The position numbers and the translations under genes are program-made. The notes under the pieces are model-generated. The model was not told the DNA's origin and ran no database searches. It was given only the letters and a program-made list of their open reading frames with translations. This document shows positions 10,404 through 20,466 of a stretch of DNA of 32,000 nt, in pieces; the stretch's first letter is position 1; each line of letters opens with the position of its first letter. Origin of the DNA: Trichodesmium erythraeum IMS101 (lineage in GTDB: Bacteria > Cyanobacteriota > Cyanobacteriia > Cyanobacteriales > Microcoleaceae); contig NC_008312.1 of NCBI RefSeq assembly GCF_000014265.1, positions 6,150,001-6,182,000 on the forward strand. Direction: 5' to 3'.

Positions 10404-11571
10404 GTTAAATTTGGTTTTAGGTTTTAAGTCCTAAATTTTATTTAGTGACATAGTAGTCCATCTTAAGTTGTGAGTGAACATTTCTTGGGTTTAGCTAGGA
10501 ATTTCTTCAATCTGTAGTTTTTTATCTCTAAAAATTTACATTTTTTAGGTGGCGACAATTTGTAAAATCTGGTAACTCTCCAAAAGTTCTGCTTGAGTTG
10601 GAGCAAGAATAGTTGACCAAGTTCCTATTACAAGGTTTAAAAACAGTTTAAGGTGGCTGTTCAAAACTTAGAAATGGGAGAGGGTATCTTGGCTACTTAA
10701 CAAGTTTCATTTGAAAATTTGCGTCTTATTGTCTCTAGTCTAGAGATCAATTTAGATAAATGTAATGATATTTTTTATATCAGGTCAGAAATTGAAATCA
10801 ATTATACTAATTCTCAAAAGCTTTACTATACTTAGATTTTTTATTTCTAAATACTATTTATTGAGGTGATTTTATTGTTAAATAACCTCAGTCATTTTTC
10901 TAGTATTTTTTACTCTCTTATAAGTATAGAAATACTTTTAAGAAATAGTATGATACATTTATACAGGCTAAATTATTGGCTTTTTTATTTTCTGAGCTCA
11001 AATAATTAGAATTAGCTGAATAAAATGCAAGCATTTACTTAAATATTAATAAGGGCTTTGTTTGTATAAAAAATGTATAAGAAGTTGGTTTGATTGTGGT
11101 TAACATGAGAAATTATGAGTTATTAAAGGGAGAATATTGAAATAAAATCTTTCCAACTACATCCTTTATAATACCCATTTATCCTTACCTCCCTGCATCC
11201 TACCCGAACCCATAAAACGTATTAAGTAAGTCCTAATTAGGGTGGGTAAATAATTTTACTTATGCACTTACCTTTAATCTTAACTAGTTGAGAAAAGTGT
11301 AAGCTTGGAAAAAGTTATAACATTTACCGAGGTTTTGGTCCTCTTAGGTACTAATTTGATTGGTGATTTAGATAGCGATCGCTTTATTAATTGTGCTTTG
11401 TTTATAAGAAGAATCAGTAAATTAGATAGGTGTGCCCTGATATAATTTACAGCATATTTCTCATCAGGATTTGCAATATGCTTTTAGTAACAACTGAAGT
11501 CTGATCTTCCGATTTATTCTTTCACAATTAATTAATTATAAAAGTTTGCATACACGCCCTCAATCGAAAAA

Positions 11572-11988
11572 TTAGTCTTGATTTTTATTTGATAAATCTA
11601 TAGGAAAAATTTTACAAATCATATAGTGGGGCAGAAATTTTTGGTCTTTATCAACACACTCTTTAGATGATTCTGATTCCTTTTTTTCCAGCAGTGGATT
11701 CACGCAGATCGCAAGTTTGCCTACTGCTGGCATTAATAAAATTACTCTATTTTTGAGGCTCTCAAGATCTTGACCTAATTTATCTGCTTCCAATGTAGAA
11801 GAAGTAATAATGAAAAAAGTTTGGACCCCTAGTGAATCTGGGGCAAAGCCAAAAGTACAATTATCTAATAAAGATTGAGTCGAAAAGTTTAAAGTTTCAT
11901 AAAAGCAATTAATTAGTGCTTGGTAAAAAGATTCACTTAGGGAATGATCGTCAAAGGTCTGTCTAGATAACATGATAAATTTCCTCAA
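11572..11988 (-). CDS. Hypothetical protein (weak call)
   Basis: 138-aa ORF isolated in a 3.3-kb ORF-poor region. No motif was recognised, and it sits immediately 3' of a putative TnpB relic. An alternative start is MLSRQ at 11973. Confidence 0.3.
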   Translation of the reverse strand: MRKFIMLSRQTFDDHSLSESFYQALINCFYETLNFSTQSLLDNCTFGFAPDSLGVQTFFIITSSTLEADKLGQDLESLKNRVILLMPAVGKLAICVNPLLEKKESESSKECVDKDQKFLPHYMICKIFPIDLSNKNQD

Positions 11989-12053
11989 GTCGCATTTTTT
12001 TTTCTTGATAGTGAAACAAAAAGCCGTTGGATACCTTCATCTGGGGACAGTCA

Positions 12054-13030
12054 TTATTCCTCAAAACTTGATGCATTAATTATTGTGCTGTCATAATTAC
12101 AGTGTACAAACATCAGAGAACTGAAAAAGGAAAGCAAATATACAAGTTTTCTCCTAAAATAGCAAAACCTTACCCGAACATTTCCACAGTTTTTACAATA
12201 GTTGTCTCCTCGACCCAGATGAAGTTCATGCCCCGCAGAAGAAAGTCGTGTGTGAGAGATTAGCCACATTAGTGGCAGAGCTAGGGCGACAGTTGTCTAT
12301 ATAGTCAGAGACCCTAATCAAAAAGCAAAAATTATGTACAACAAGGTCTTTAGTTGTAAAAGTTAGTAATATTTTTTTGTCTGACCAATCTTAGTTTCCA
12401 AGCTTTTTATCTGCTCAATAAGTATATGAATTTATCCAATTAGACACTAAAAGTAAAACAGATAAACACACAAAAAGTTATTGCCAACTAGGAAAGCTAG
12501 TAGTGGGAGGTTAGATTCTGTGAGATTGGATCAAATGTAGCTCACAATAGTGACTTAATTCTCTGAGTTCAAGTGAAGAAGCACAACAATGAGTTCACCG
12601 AAGAATTGCTCAACACCACAATAAGAAGGAAAAACTAACTGTCTCAATTCTCAGGTCAATAGTAGAGAGCAGTGATGAACGGGTGCTAGCTTCGTAGGTC
12701 AACCTAAAAATTGGCAAAGATTAAACTAGGGAGTGAAACCTCAGGGAACAGAGATGATCACATCGGCGACTGAAAAAATTTGCCAAAGTTTCGGAGTAGA
12801 CAAAAATTATCTCATGGTCAGTGGTCAATTATTTAAACTGAGTTTGGGTTTATATTAGGCTCGGAACAACAGCAGCCCAGAAGACAGGCTTGACTAAATT
12901 ATAGGTAGATTTAGAAGTAATTGGCGATTTATCTCACAGTCTGTTGATACACTACACTTTTTCTATATATTGAGATATTTAATTATATCTTAACGTTCCT
13001 TAAAGTTATGTATATATTGTTATCTAAGCT
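12054..13030 (-). pseudogene. Possible second decayed TnpB-like gene
   Basis: The 71-aa ORF 12054-12269 contains SAGHELHLGRGDNYCKNCGNV, which resembles the TnpB C-terminal zinc-ribbon (..CGH...L.DR.Y.C.NCG). The minus-strand fragment IDLRIETVSF (12631-12660) parallels LDLEIKTF of the 7900-8751 relic. ITLRNVKI near 13009 parallels VTLKLKGV. There are many stops and frame changes. Confidence 0.3.
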
Positions 13031-13140
13031 TAGTTATCTAAATCACAAAACTACCACTATAATTATTACTAGTCTCAGGAACCCAGATCAGACATAAAAC
13101 TATTTTTAATTTTTCTATTTTTAACTTTTTGTAATTCACT

Positions 13141-13310
13141 GTAGAGTACAAAATTTTCCTAAAAAACTATTGCCTTTAAAGGCTGAAAGTATTATAGGAA
13201 TTGGCTTATAGCATTTATAGTTATTTGGAGAAAGTTTCTAACCTTGAGATGGCTATAAGCATTAGCTAGCAATAGTTATTTCTAGAACTTCCCACTGTCT
13301 AGTAATTCAG
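13141..13310 (+). repeat. Dispersed ~170-nt repeat, copy A (candidate structured RNA or MITE-like element)
   Basis: It aligns over its whole length, at roughly 80-85% identity by eye, with 28417-28590 in the same orientation. Both contain the palindrome GCCTTTAAAGGC and a 9-bp stem. Confidence 0.75.
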
Positions 13311-13735
13311 ATAGCTTAAAAACAACTGTAGTAATTATCAGTGGTGTTAGTCATGTACAAAATTCTGGATTGTAGGAAACAGTAATGACTGGGTACCATA
13401 AATTATAAACTCAAGTTTAATTTAATCCTCAGAGATATTATAGATATAAAAAAATATTATGGTAATTAACTTTTAGTTCTTACAAAATTAAGATCCAGTA
13501 AAAAGCAAAAAATATCAACAATTTATACCCTGTGTCTTTTATTTCATGTCCTGATATTTTTGCTGCAATCTACAATACAATATATGTGACAAAAATCCCG
13601 TTAATGATCAAGAATTATAAATTTAGTTCCTCAAGATTGATAATGAGTGTATTCAAGCATTAATGTTTCTTGATGATTGTAAAAGGCTTTTTTTGTAAAA
13701 GCTTGAAAATATTAAATATATATTAAATATCAAAG

Positions 13736-15493
13736 ATGGAACCTATTGTTGAACAACTTAAAAGTAGATTTGACAAAGCTTTAATTACTGCCTTTGGTCA
13801 AGATTTAGTAGGCACAGATCCAATGATTGTTTCTACTACTAATCCTAAATTTGGAGATTATCAATGTAATGTAGCAATGTCTTTAGCTAAAAAATTAAAG
13901 GATAAACCAAAGGCGATCGCCACTCAAATTATTAACAACCTCAACATTAATGACTATTTTTACCCACCAGAAATTGCTGGACCTGGATTTATCAATCTTA
14001 GCCTTAAACCAGAATATATAGAAAATTGTCTAGAAACAATAATTAAAGATGAAAAACTGAATATTTCCCCGACTAAAAATCCCCAGCGAGTTGTAATAGA
14101 TTTTTCTAGTCCTAATATTGCTAAAGAAATGCACGTTGGACATTTAAGGTCAACAATTATCGGAGATTCTTTAGCAAGGGTCCTAGAATTTCAGGGGCAT
14201 AATGTACTAAGACTAAATCATGTCGGGGACTGGGGCACTCAGTTTGGAATGTTAATTAGTTATTTACGGGAAGCTTTTCCAGAAGCTTTAAAAACTGCTG
14301 ATATTTTAGATATAGGAGATTTAGTTGCTTTTTATAAACAGTCAAAAAAACGGTTTGATGAAGATCAAGATTTTCAGGAAAAATCCCGACAAGAAGTAGT
14401 AAATTTACAGACTGGTGCTGAGGATAGTCGTCACGCTTGGGAACTTTTATGTAATCAATCTCGGCGGGAATTTCAAGTGATTTATGACTTACTTGATATT
14501 AAGTTAAATGAGCGTGGAGAGTCTTTTTATAATTCTATGTTGCCTGGAATTGTAGAAGAATTAAATAGGTTAGGTTTATTGGAAGAAAGTGATGGTGCTC
14601 AATGCGTATTTTTGTCAGGATTTACTAATAAGGAAGGTGAGGATGTACCTTTAATTGTCAAGAAGTCTGATGGTGGTTATAATTATGCGACAACAGATTT
14701 AGCTGCCCTAGTTCATCGCATTGAAAAAGAGGGAGCAACGCGATTAATTTATGTTACTGATGCTGGTCAAGCTAATCATTTTTCTCAAGTTTGGCAGGTA
14801 GCAAAAAAGGCTGGTTGGATACCAGAAAATGTAGAAATTGTGAATGTTTTTTTTGGTTTGGTTTTGGGAGAAGATGGGAAAAAATTAAAGACTCGTTCTG
14901 GAGAAACTGTGAGGTTGATAGATTTATTAGATGAGGCTATAAATAAAGCGCGGAATGATTTGGAAAAAAGGCTCAAAGATGAAAAGCGTTTGGAGAGTGA
15001 AGAGTTTATTAAAAATGTTGCTCAAGTTGTTGGTTTAAGTGCAGTTAAATATGCAGATTTAAGTCAAAATCGGAAGAGTAATTATGTGTTTAGTTTTGAT
15101 AAGATGTTAGCTTTACAAGGCAATACTGCTCCTTATTTGTTATATGCTTATGTAAGGGTACAAGGAATTTCTCGTAAGGGAGAAATTAATTTTGAAAAGT
15201 TGAGAAAAGATGCCAAAATTATTTTGCAGGATGAGCCAGAGTTGGTCTTAGGAAAACATTTATTAAAGTTGAATGAAGTCTTGAATATAGTAACTATTGA
15301 ATTGTTGCCTAATCGTCTTTGTGAATATTTGTATGAATTGAGTGAAAAGTTTAATAAGTTCTTTGAAAATTGTCCGGTTTTGAAGTCGGAGGAACCTTTG
15401 CGTACTTCTCGATTATTGTTGTGTGATCTAACAGCAAGAACTTTAAAGTTGGGGTTGTATTTGTTAGGGATTTCTGTTTTGGAAAGGATGTAA
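13736..15493 (+). CDS. argS: Arginine--tRNA ligase
   Basis: 585 aa with the class I HIGH-type motif ([13 protein letters not shown]), the conserved GDWGTQFG and a C-terminal anticodon-binding DALR-type domain ending in ...RM. Confidence 0.95.
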   Translation: MEPIVEQLKSRFDKALITAFGQDLVGTDPMIVSTTNPKFGDYQCNVAMSLAKKLKDKPKAIATQIINNLNINDYFYPPEIAGPGFINLSLKPEYIENCLETIIKDEKLNISPTKNPQRVVIDFSSPNIAKEMHVGHLRSTIIGDSLARVLEFQGHNVLRLNHVGDWGTQFGMLISYLREAFPEALKTADILDIGDLVAFYKQSKKRFDEDQDFQEKSRQEVVNLQTGAEDSRHAWELLCNQSRREFQVIYDLLDIKLNERGESFYNSMLPGIVEELNRLGLLEESDGAQCVFLSGFTNKEGEDVPLIVKKSDGGYNYATTDLAALVHRIEKEGATRLIYVTDAGQANHFSQVWQVAKKAGWIPENVEIVNVFFGLVLGEDGKKLKTRSGETVRLIDLLDEAINKARNDLEKRLKDEKRLESEEFIKNVAQVVGLSAVKYADLSQNRKSNYVFSFDKMLALQGNTAPYLLYAYVRVQGISRKGEINFEKLRKDAKIILQDEPELVLGKHLLKLNEVLNIVTIELLPNRLCEYLYELSEKFNKFFENCPVLKSEEPLRTSRLLLCDLTARTLKLGLYLLGISVLERM

Positions 15494-16002
15494 TTTGTAT
15501 ATAAATTTAGTTTTTTTGCTTTGATAGATATCAATAGTATGATTTAGCAAAGTTAGAAAAATTAAACTTTTAAGATATTCCTTTAATTTCTAATTAACTA
15601 TAAAAATACATTAAATATGAGCAGAAAAATCAACCATTTTAAACTTTGAGTTTCCCGGAATAGTATTTACAAATTATTAATGATTTTTTGAGGAAAATTA
15701 CTAGTATTGCAGCAATAATATTTTTTTATTTAAGGAGGTTTTCCAAGGCGAAAAGTTGATTATTGGAAAATCTTATTGATTAGACAAAAAAAACAGTCTG
15801 TTTTGAAAATATTTCCTTAACTGTAAAAAATTAATATTGCATTTTACAAGCTAATAAAAAACTAAATAAGTTTTTTATTATCAAGCTGTATGATAACTAC
15901 ATATTAATGTGCTAAAGTATAACAAATAAAAAAATTACACACTTTATGAAATCCAGTCTTTGTGTATTTAGGTGCTAATTGTAAGGCAGAAACAAAATTT
16001 GC

Positions 16003-17530
16003 TACAAAATGTCATTAGTAACAAGTTAAGAAAAAGGGAAAATTGTCAAGGGCAGGCTTTCCAAAGGTCAAAAATATTGAGAAATTCAATTTAGATAATT
16101 AATTGAGTGATTGAGGCCAGCCATGACTACTAGTAAAAAAAACCAACAGAGACCACCCAAAAAAAGAAGTAGCGACCAATAGTGGAAGATGAAGTTATAG
16201 CCAAGCAATTGGAAAAATAACTGGGACTAGCCATTACAAATAAAGAAAACTACTACTGACAAATAGAACTCAGGAAACGGATATTAAAATTTACCGTTTA
16301 TGATGGCTGGTGTATTAACCTTATTCTGGCCAGAGGTAGCTGGAGTTAGAGAATTGACAAGAATGTTAGCTAAAGATGGTTTTTTTGTGGTGTAATCACA
16401 CAAAGGTTAATTAACAAACTGTATCACAAATATTTTTGACATTTTCCAATAAATTATTGGAGAAAGTATTTAAAGATTTATTGTCTAATTTAAGAGCAGC
16501 TTGGCAGAGCCGAAATAAGGGTTCTTTTGCTAGAAATTCTTCAATTTACCTTGTTAAAATTCCCAAGTATTTGGATAATATATGGGTCAACATAGGAGGT
16601 TTTATTTAAGAAATTCAAAAGTTGATAATAAATTAAAAAATGGCAATTAGTAAGAAAGATGAGTATAGTTATTGATTTAATAACTAGATTATCAGTAGAG
16701 ATTTGGTTTTAAGAAAATCCCAAAGCCTCTCATGCTAAACTTGAAGAAAATATTTTGAATTTAGTAACAGAAAATAGTTTTTTATTGTTGGATAGAGGTT
16801 TTTATTACTTTAATTTTTGGTTAAAATTAATAGATAAAAAAGTGGATTTTATTACTAGAAAAAAAAGGGGATAGCAGTTCCCTATAGAACAGGTATTTAT
16901 AAATAGCTATGCATTGCGATACCGAAATATATGTCTTGGTTATGGTACTAAGAAAACTCCGTTTATCACTTTACATTTAATTGAAATTAGGTCAAGAAAA
17001 AAATGGAATTCTTATTTAACCAGTGTCCTATAACCTTATATTTTATCCCTTTATGTAGTAGCAGATTTATATCGTTGATCTTGGAAAATTGAAGATGCTT
17101 TTGATACTGTCAAAAAACTCTTGGGTTTAAGTTATTTATGGACAGGTTCAATTAATGGAATTAAGTGACAAGTTTGAGCGACCTGGTTATTTTATGCTGT
17201 CTTAGTAAATTTAGGTGATACCTTAGCTGATGAGCTTTCTGTAGTTTTTGATCAAATCTGATTATAAATGATTTATCCTGGTTTTTATCATTTTATGAAG
17301 GGTCACCAAAAAGGTAAGGAAAAAAACTCTATTAAATATTTTGCTGACCCTCAAAATCAAGCAAAAAGAATTATTAAACAGCAGAGAAAGCCAAATTTTA
17401 AATTAATTGTCGCACCTTTTCCTGAGCTTCAACGAGGAGCTGAACAATTTTTTTTCAGCAATTTATTTTATCCAATTTTCTTGACAAAAGACTTATAAGC
17501 TTAACTTCTCACTAATGACAAAATTTTGAA
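16003..17530 (+). mobile_element. Degenerate IS4-family insertion sequence with an inactivated transposase
   Basis: Terminal inverted repeats: GTCATTAGTAACAAGTTAAG (16011-16030) matches the reverse complement of 17500-17519 (GTCATTAGTGAGAAGTTAAG) at 18/20. Between them, plus-strand fragments in shifting frames read MTTSKKNQQRPPKK (ATG 16123), MMAGVLTLFWPEVAGVRELTRMLAKDGFF, LLLDRGFYYFNFWLKLIDKKVDFITRKK and SWKIEDAFDTVKKLLGLSYLWTGSINGIK, plus the 76-aa tail ORF 17268-17498. Numerous stops interrupt them. Confidence 0.75.
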
Positions 17531-17669
17531 GCTTAAGTCGGTAGTTTTAAAAAGCATTTTACTTCTAAATGTAATTTTGAACTAATTCTGTTCATTGAGA
17601 CTGCTACTTGGAAAATAATCAGAGGTGCAAGCATTGGTAATTTTTAATCAATAGTTTTACTATGTAGTT

Positions 17670-18110
17670 ATGCTTAACAAGAAAGTATTAATCGTAGATG
17701 ACTGTAAAATTGTCAGAACATTATTTTCCCGTATCCTGACAGATATAGGATTAAATACTATATTAGCAAGTAATGGTTTAGAGGCATTAGAAAAAGTTAA
17801 ACTATATCATCCTGACTTAGTAATTTTAGACATTATTATGCCGAAAATGAATGGGTATCAAGTTTGTCGTCAAATTAAATCTCAGCCTAAAACTATGAAT
17901 ATACCTGTAGTCTTTTGTTCTAATAAAAGTTTAGAAGTTGATGTATATTGGGGTATGAAACAAGGGGCTGATGGCTATATTAGTAAACCCCTAAAAAAGT
18001 CGGAACTAATGACATTAATGGTAAGATTTAATATTATTAAAAATGTGAGTGAAGAATATAGTATTCAGTGTCTTTATAAAAAGGGAAAAGTCAGAGTTTT
18101 GCCTATATAG
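17670..18110 (+). CDS. Stand-alone response regulator receiver (CheY-like)
   Basis: 146 aa with acidic pocket VLIVDD, phospho-acceptor context LVILDIIMP and conserved Lys in YISKPL. There is no output domain. Confidence 0.9.
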   Translation: MLNKKVLIVDDCKIVRTLFSRILTDIGLNTILASNGLEALEKVKLYHPDLVILDIIMPKMNGYQVCRQIKSQPKTMNIPVVFCSNKSLEVDVYWGMKQGADGYISKPLKKSELMTLMVRFNIIKNVSEEYSIQCLYKKGKVRVLPI

Positions 18111-18207
18111 TATAAATACAATTTCAGTAAAATTCTGGAGAAAGATGTTGCGTTATTTGTAGAATTTTCTATAAATATTGATATTTAATTAAAGTTAATA
18201 ATTAAAA

Positions 18208-19122
18208 TTAATTATATTGTTTTTCTAAATTTCTGGAAATTAGTTCTAACAAAAGTAAACCTGCTACAGAATTTCCTTGTTGATCGAGGGGAGGACTATA
18301 GCAAACAATTACTCCTTTAGCAGGAACTAATCCTAAAACAATTCCACTGATACTAGATTTAATTGGAATTCCTATATCCATAGCATAACGATTTGATGTT
18401 TCATATAAACCACAATTAGTCATCAGTGTTTTAACTGTAAAACAGTGTTTTTGCCATTCAGAATGAGGTGAGTTTACTAATAAAATTCCTAGATTAGCTA
18501 TATCAATAATTTTACCAGATAAACAACAGATTTGATTGTAAGTATCTAAAGTAATTTTAGCATCTTTTATAGAACCAGATTCTACTAATTTTTGAGCTAT
18601 ATTTTGATTATTCTGGTTAGGTAAAGAACGAACCGAAGCCAACATATTTTCATCTAAAAATAATTGACAATTTCCGTAACTATTTAGCCAAGAACAAAAA
18701 TTATTGCACTTTTCTCTAGCAGTATTTCCTGGTATTAAGGATGATAAAGCGATCGCTCCACTATTAATCATAGGATTTCTCGGCCATCCCCCATCAAATT
18801 CTAGTTGTTCTAAAGAATTGAATGGCTTTTCTGAAGGTTTTTGACCGACTTTTTTAAAGATCAATTCATTGCCAAATTGAGATAATAAATAAAATAACAA
18901 AAATGGTTTTATTGCACTCATCAAAGGAACTTTAGTTTTGATATCTCCGAATGAAATGATATGATGATCAATACTTTGTAAAAGTATGGCAAAACTGTTA
19001 GGGTTAGCTTCTGCAAGTAAAGGAATATAGTTAGGCAAATTGCCAGATTTAGTTTGAGTTAATACTTGTTTGACCCAAGTATTTAGTTGTTGTTGATTAA
19101 TGTTTGATAAATTTTTAAACAT
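18208..19122 (-). CDS. glsA: Glutaminase
   Basis: 304 aa with the serine-lysine motif MSAIKP, plus NPMINSGAIA and CGLYETSNRYAMDIGIPIKSSISGIVLGLVP, all characteristic of the glutaminase A family. Confidence 0.9.
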   Translation of the reverse strand: MFKNLSNINQQQLNTWVKQVLTQTKSGNLPNYIPLLAEANPNSFAILLQSIDHHIISFGDIKTKVPLMSAIKPFLLFYLLSQFGNELIFKKVGQKPSEKPFNSLEQLEFDGGWPRNPMINSGAIALSSLIPGNTAREKCNNFCSWLNSYGNCQLFLDENMLASVRSLPNQNNQNIAQKLVESGSIKDAKITLDTYNQICCLSGKIIDIANLGILLVNSPHSEWQKHCFTVKTLMTNCGLYETSNRYAMDIGIPIKSSISGIVLGLVPAKGVIVCYSPPLDQQGNSVAGLLLLELISRNLEKQYN

Positions 19123-19364
19123 AAATATCTTTACTGACTCAACTGAAAGTAAAATAAATTAGTGAGGAGACAGGACTTATACCAAATATTGTTTTTACTG
19201 GAGGTTTATTCAAAGAGTAAGACATTTATGCTGGAGGCAAAAGGCAGAAGAATTAGAAAGATTTAGACTCATTAGTTTGTCATAAATTAATTTGGTATTA
19301 TATAGCAATCCTCAAATAACTAATTTTAACTAAAAAACTTGAAAATTGTGACTCCTGACTCCTA

Positions 19365-19430
19365 ATAACTAACAAAATATTGCAACTTAGATAGGATATA
19401 ACTAACAAAATATTGCAACTTAGATAGGAT
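19365..19430. repeat. Perfect 33-bp tandem duplication in the glsA/SDR divergent intergenic region
   Basis: ATAACTAACAAAATATTGCAACTTAGATAGGAT occurs twice back to back (19365-19397 and 19398-19430). It is preceded by the heptamer pair GACTCCTGACTCCT (19350-19363). Confidence 0.95.
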
Positions 19431-19487
19431 TGTTATAAATTGTTTTACTAGAGAAAATGTGATTTATTTAATATCTATTTATTTGAG

Positions 19488-20168
19488 ATGAAAAAGTTAA
19501 TTGTAATTACAGGGATAAGTCGAGGCTTAGGTAGAGCGATAACCGAAGAATTTATTAATTTAGGCCATACTGTTATTGGTTGCGCTCGTTCTAAATCTGC
19601 TGTGGAAAATTTAACTCATAAATATTCTAATTCACATCAGTTTAGTTGTGTGAATGTAGCAGATGAAAATAATGTGCAAGAGTGGGCAAAGTATACACTG
19701 GCTAATTATTCAGCGCCAGATTTATTAATAAATAATGCAGCTATAATTAATCAACCTGCACCTCTTTGGAAAGTTGATAGTGAGGAATTTTCCCAATTAA
19801 TTGATATTAATATTAAAGGTGTGGTAAATGTGATACGTTATTTTGTGCCAGCTATGATTTCTAGGGGAAGTGGTATTATTGTTAATATTAGTTCTGGGTG
19901 GGGACGTTCCAGTTCTCCACAAGTAGGGCCTTATTGTGCTTCTAAGTGGGCTATTGAAGGTTTGACTGGTGCTTTATCTCAGGAGTTACCGAACCCAATA
20001 GCTGCTATTGCTCTTAACCCAGGAATTATTCATACTGATATGTTAGATATTTGTTTTGGAGAGGATGCAAAATCTTTTACTTCTGTTAAATCTTGGACAA
20101 AAAAAGCTGTTCCTTTTTTATTAAATCTAAAGCCAGAGGATAACGGAATACCTTTAACTATATCTTAA
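19488..20168 (+). CDS. Short-chain dehydrogenase/reductase (SDR) family oxidoreductase
   Basis: 226 aa with the TGxxxGxG-type motif ITGISRGLGRAI, plus NNAA and the catalytic YCASK (YxxxK). Confidence 0.85.
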   Translation: MKKLIVITGISRGLGRAITEEFINLGHTVIGCARSKSAVENLTHKYSNSHQFSCVNVADENNVQEWAKYTLANYSAPDLLINNAAIINQPAPLWKVDSEEFSQLIDINIKGVVNVIRYFVPAMISRGSGIIVNISSGWGRSSSPQVGPYCASKWAIEGLTGALSQELPNPIAAIALNPGIIHTDMLDICFGEDAKSFTSVKSWTKKAVPFLLNLKPEDNGIPLTIS

Positions 20169-20196
20169 AGACTAATATCTATAATCTTCTTAAAAG

Positions 20197-20278
20197 TGCG
20201 GATGAAGGGACTTGAACCCCCACTTCCGAAAAAACTAGAACCTAAATCTAGCGCGTCTACCAATTCCGCCACATCCGC
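20197..20278 (-). tRNA. tRNA-Leu (anticodon UAG)
   Basis: The reverse complement reads GCGGATGTGGCGGAATTGGTAGACGCGCTAGATTTAGGTTCTAGTTTTTTCGGAAGTGGGGGTTCAAGTCCCTTCATCCGCA. It has a 7-bp acceptor stem, anticodon stem CTAGA/TCTAG with loop TTTAGGT, a long variable arm and a GGTTCAAGTCC T-loop. CCA is not encoded. Confidence 0.9.
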
Positions 20279-20466
20279 ATAATTTAAATATAACACACAA
20301 ATCAAATTTTTTGACATTTACTTCTAGTTTTTTTTTTATTTTATCTAGTAGTGGCCATGACTGCTAGGAAATTCGAGATCCTCTCAAATTTAGTTTCTGG
20401 GATCTAGGGATTTTTATGATGAGTTTTTACTAGTGGGGGGTGAATGGGAGGGTTTAACTTATGATT

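Noticed and set aside
19365-19430. Considered whether the 33-bp direct repeats, or the 102-bp array at 30974-32000, could be a CRISPR array.
   Set aside because: The 33-bp units are contiguous with no spacers and there are only two copies. The 102-bp units are in-frame TPR coding repeats. No cas genes are present.
20330-20466. Minus-strand ATGGCCACTACTAGATAAAATAAAAAAAAAAC resembles the start of the IS4 relic transposase (ATGACTACTAGTAAAAAAAACC), hinting at another IS4 fragment beside tRNA-Leu.
   Set aside because: The similarity covers only about 25 nt, much of it an A-run, and the upstream sequence does not match the IS left end convincingly.
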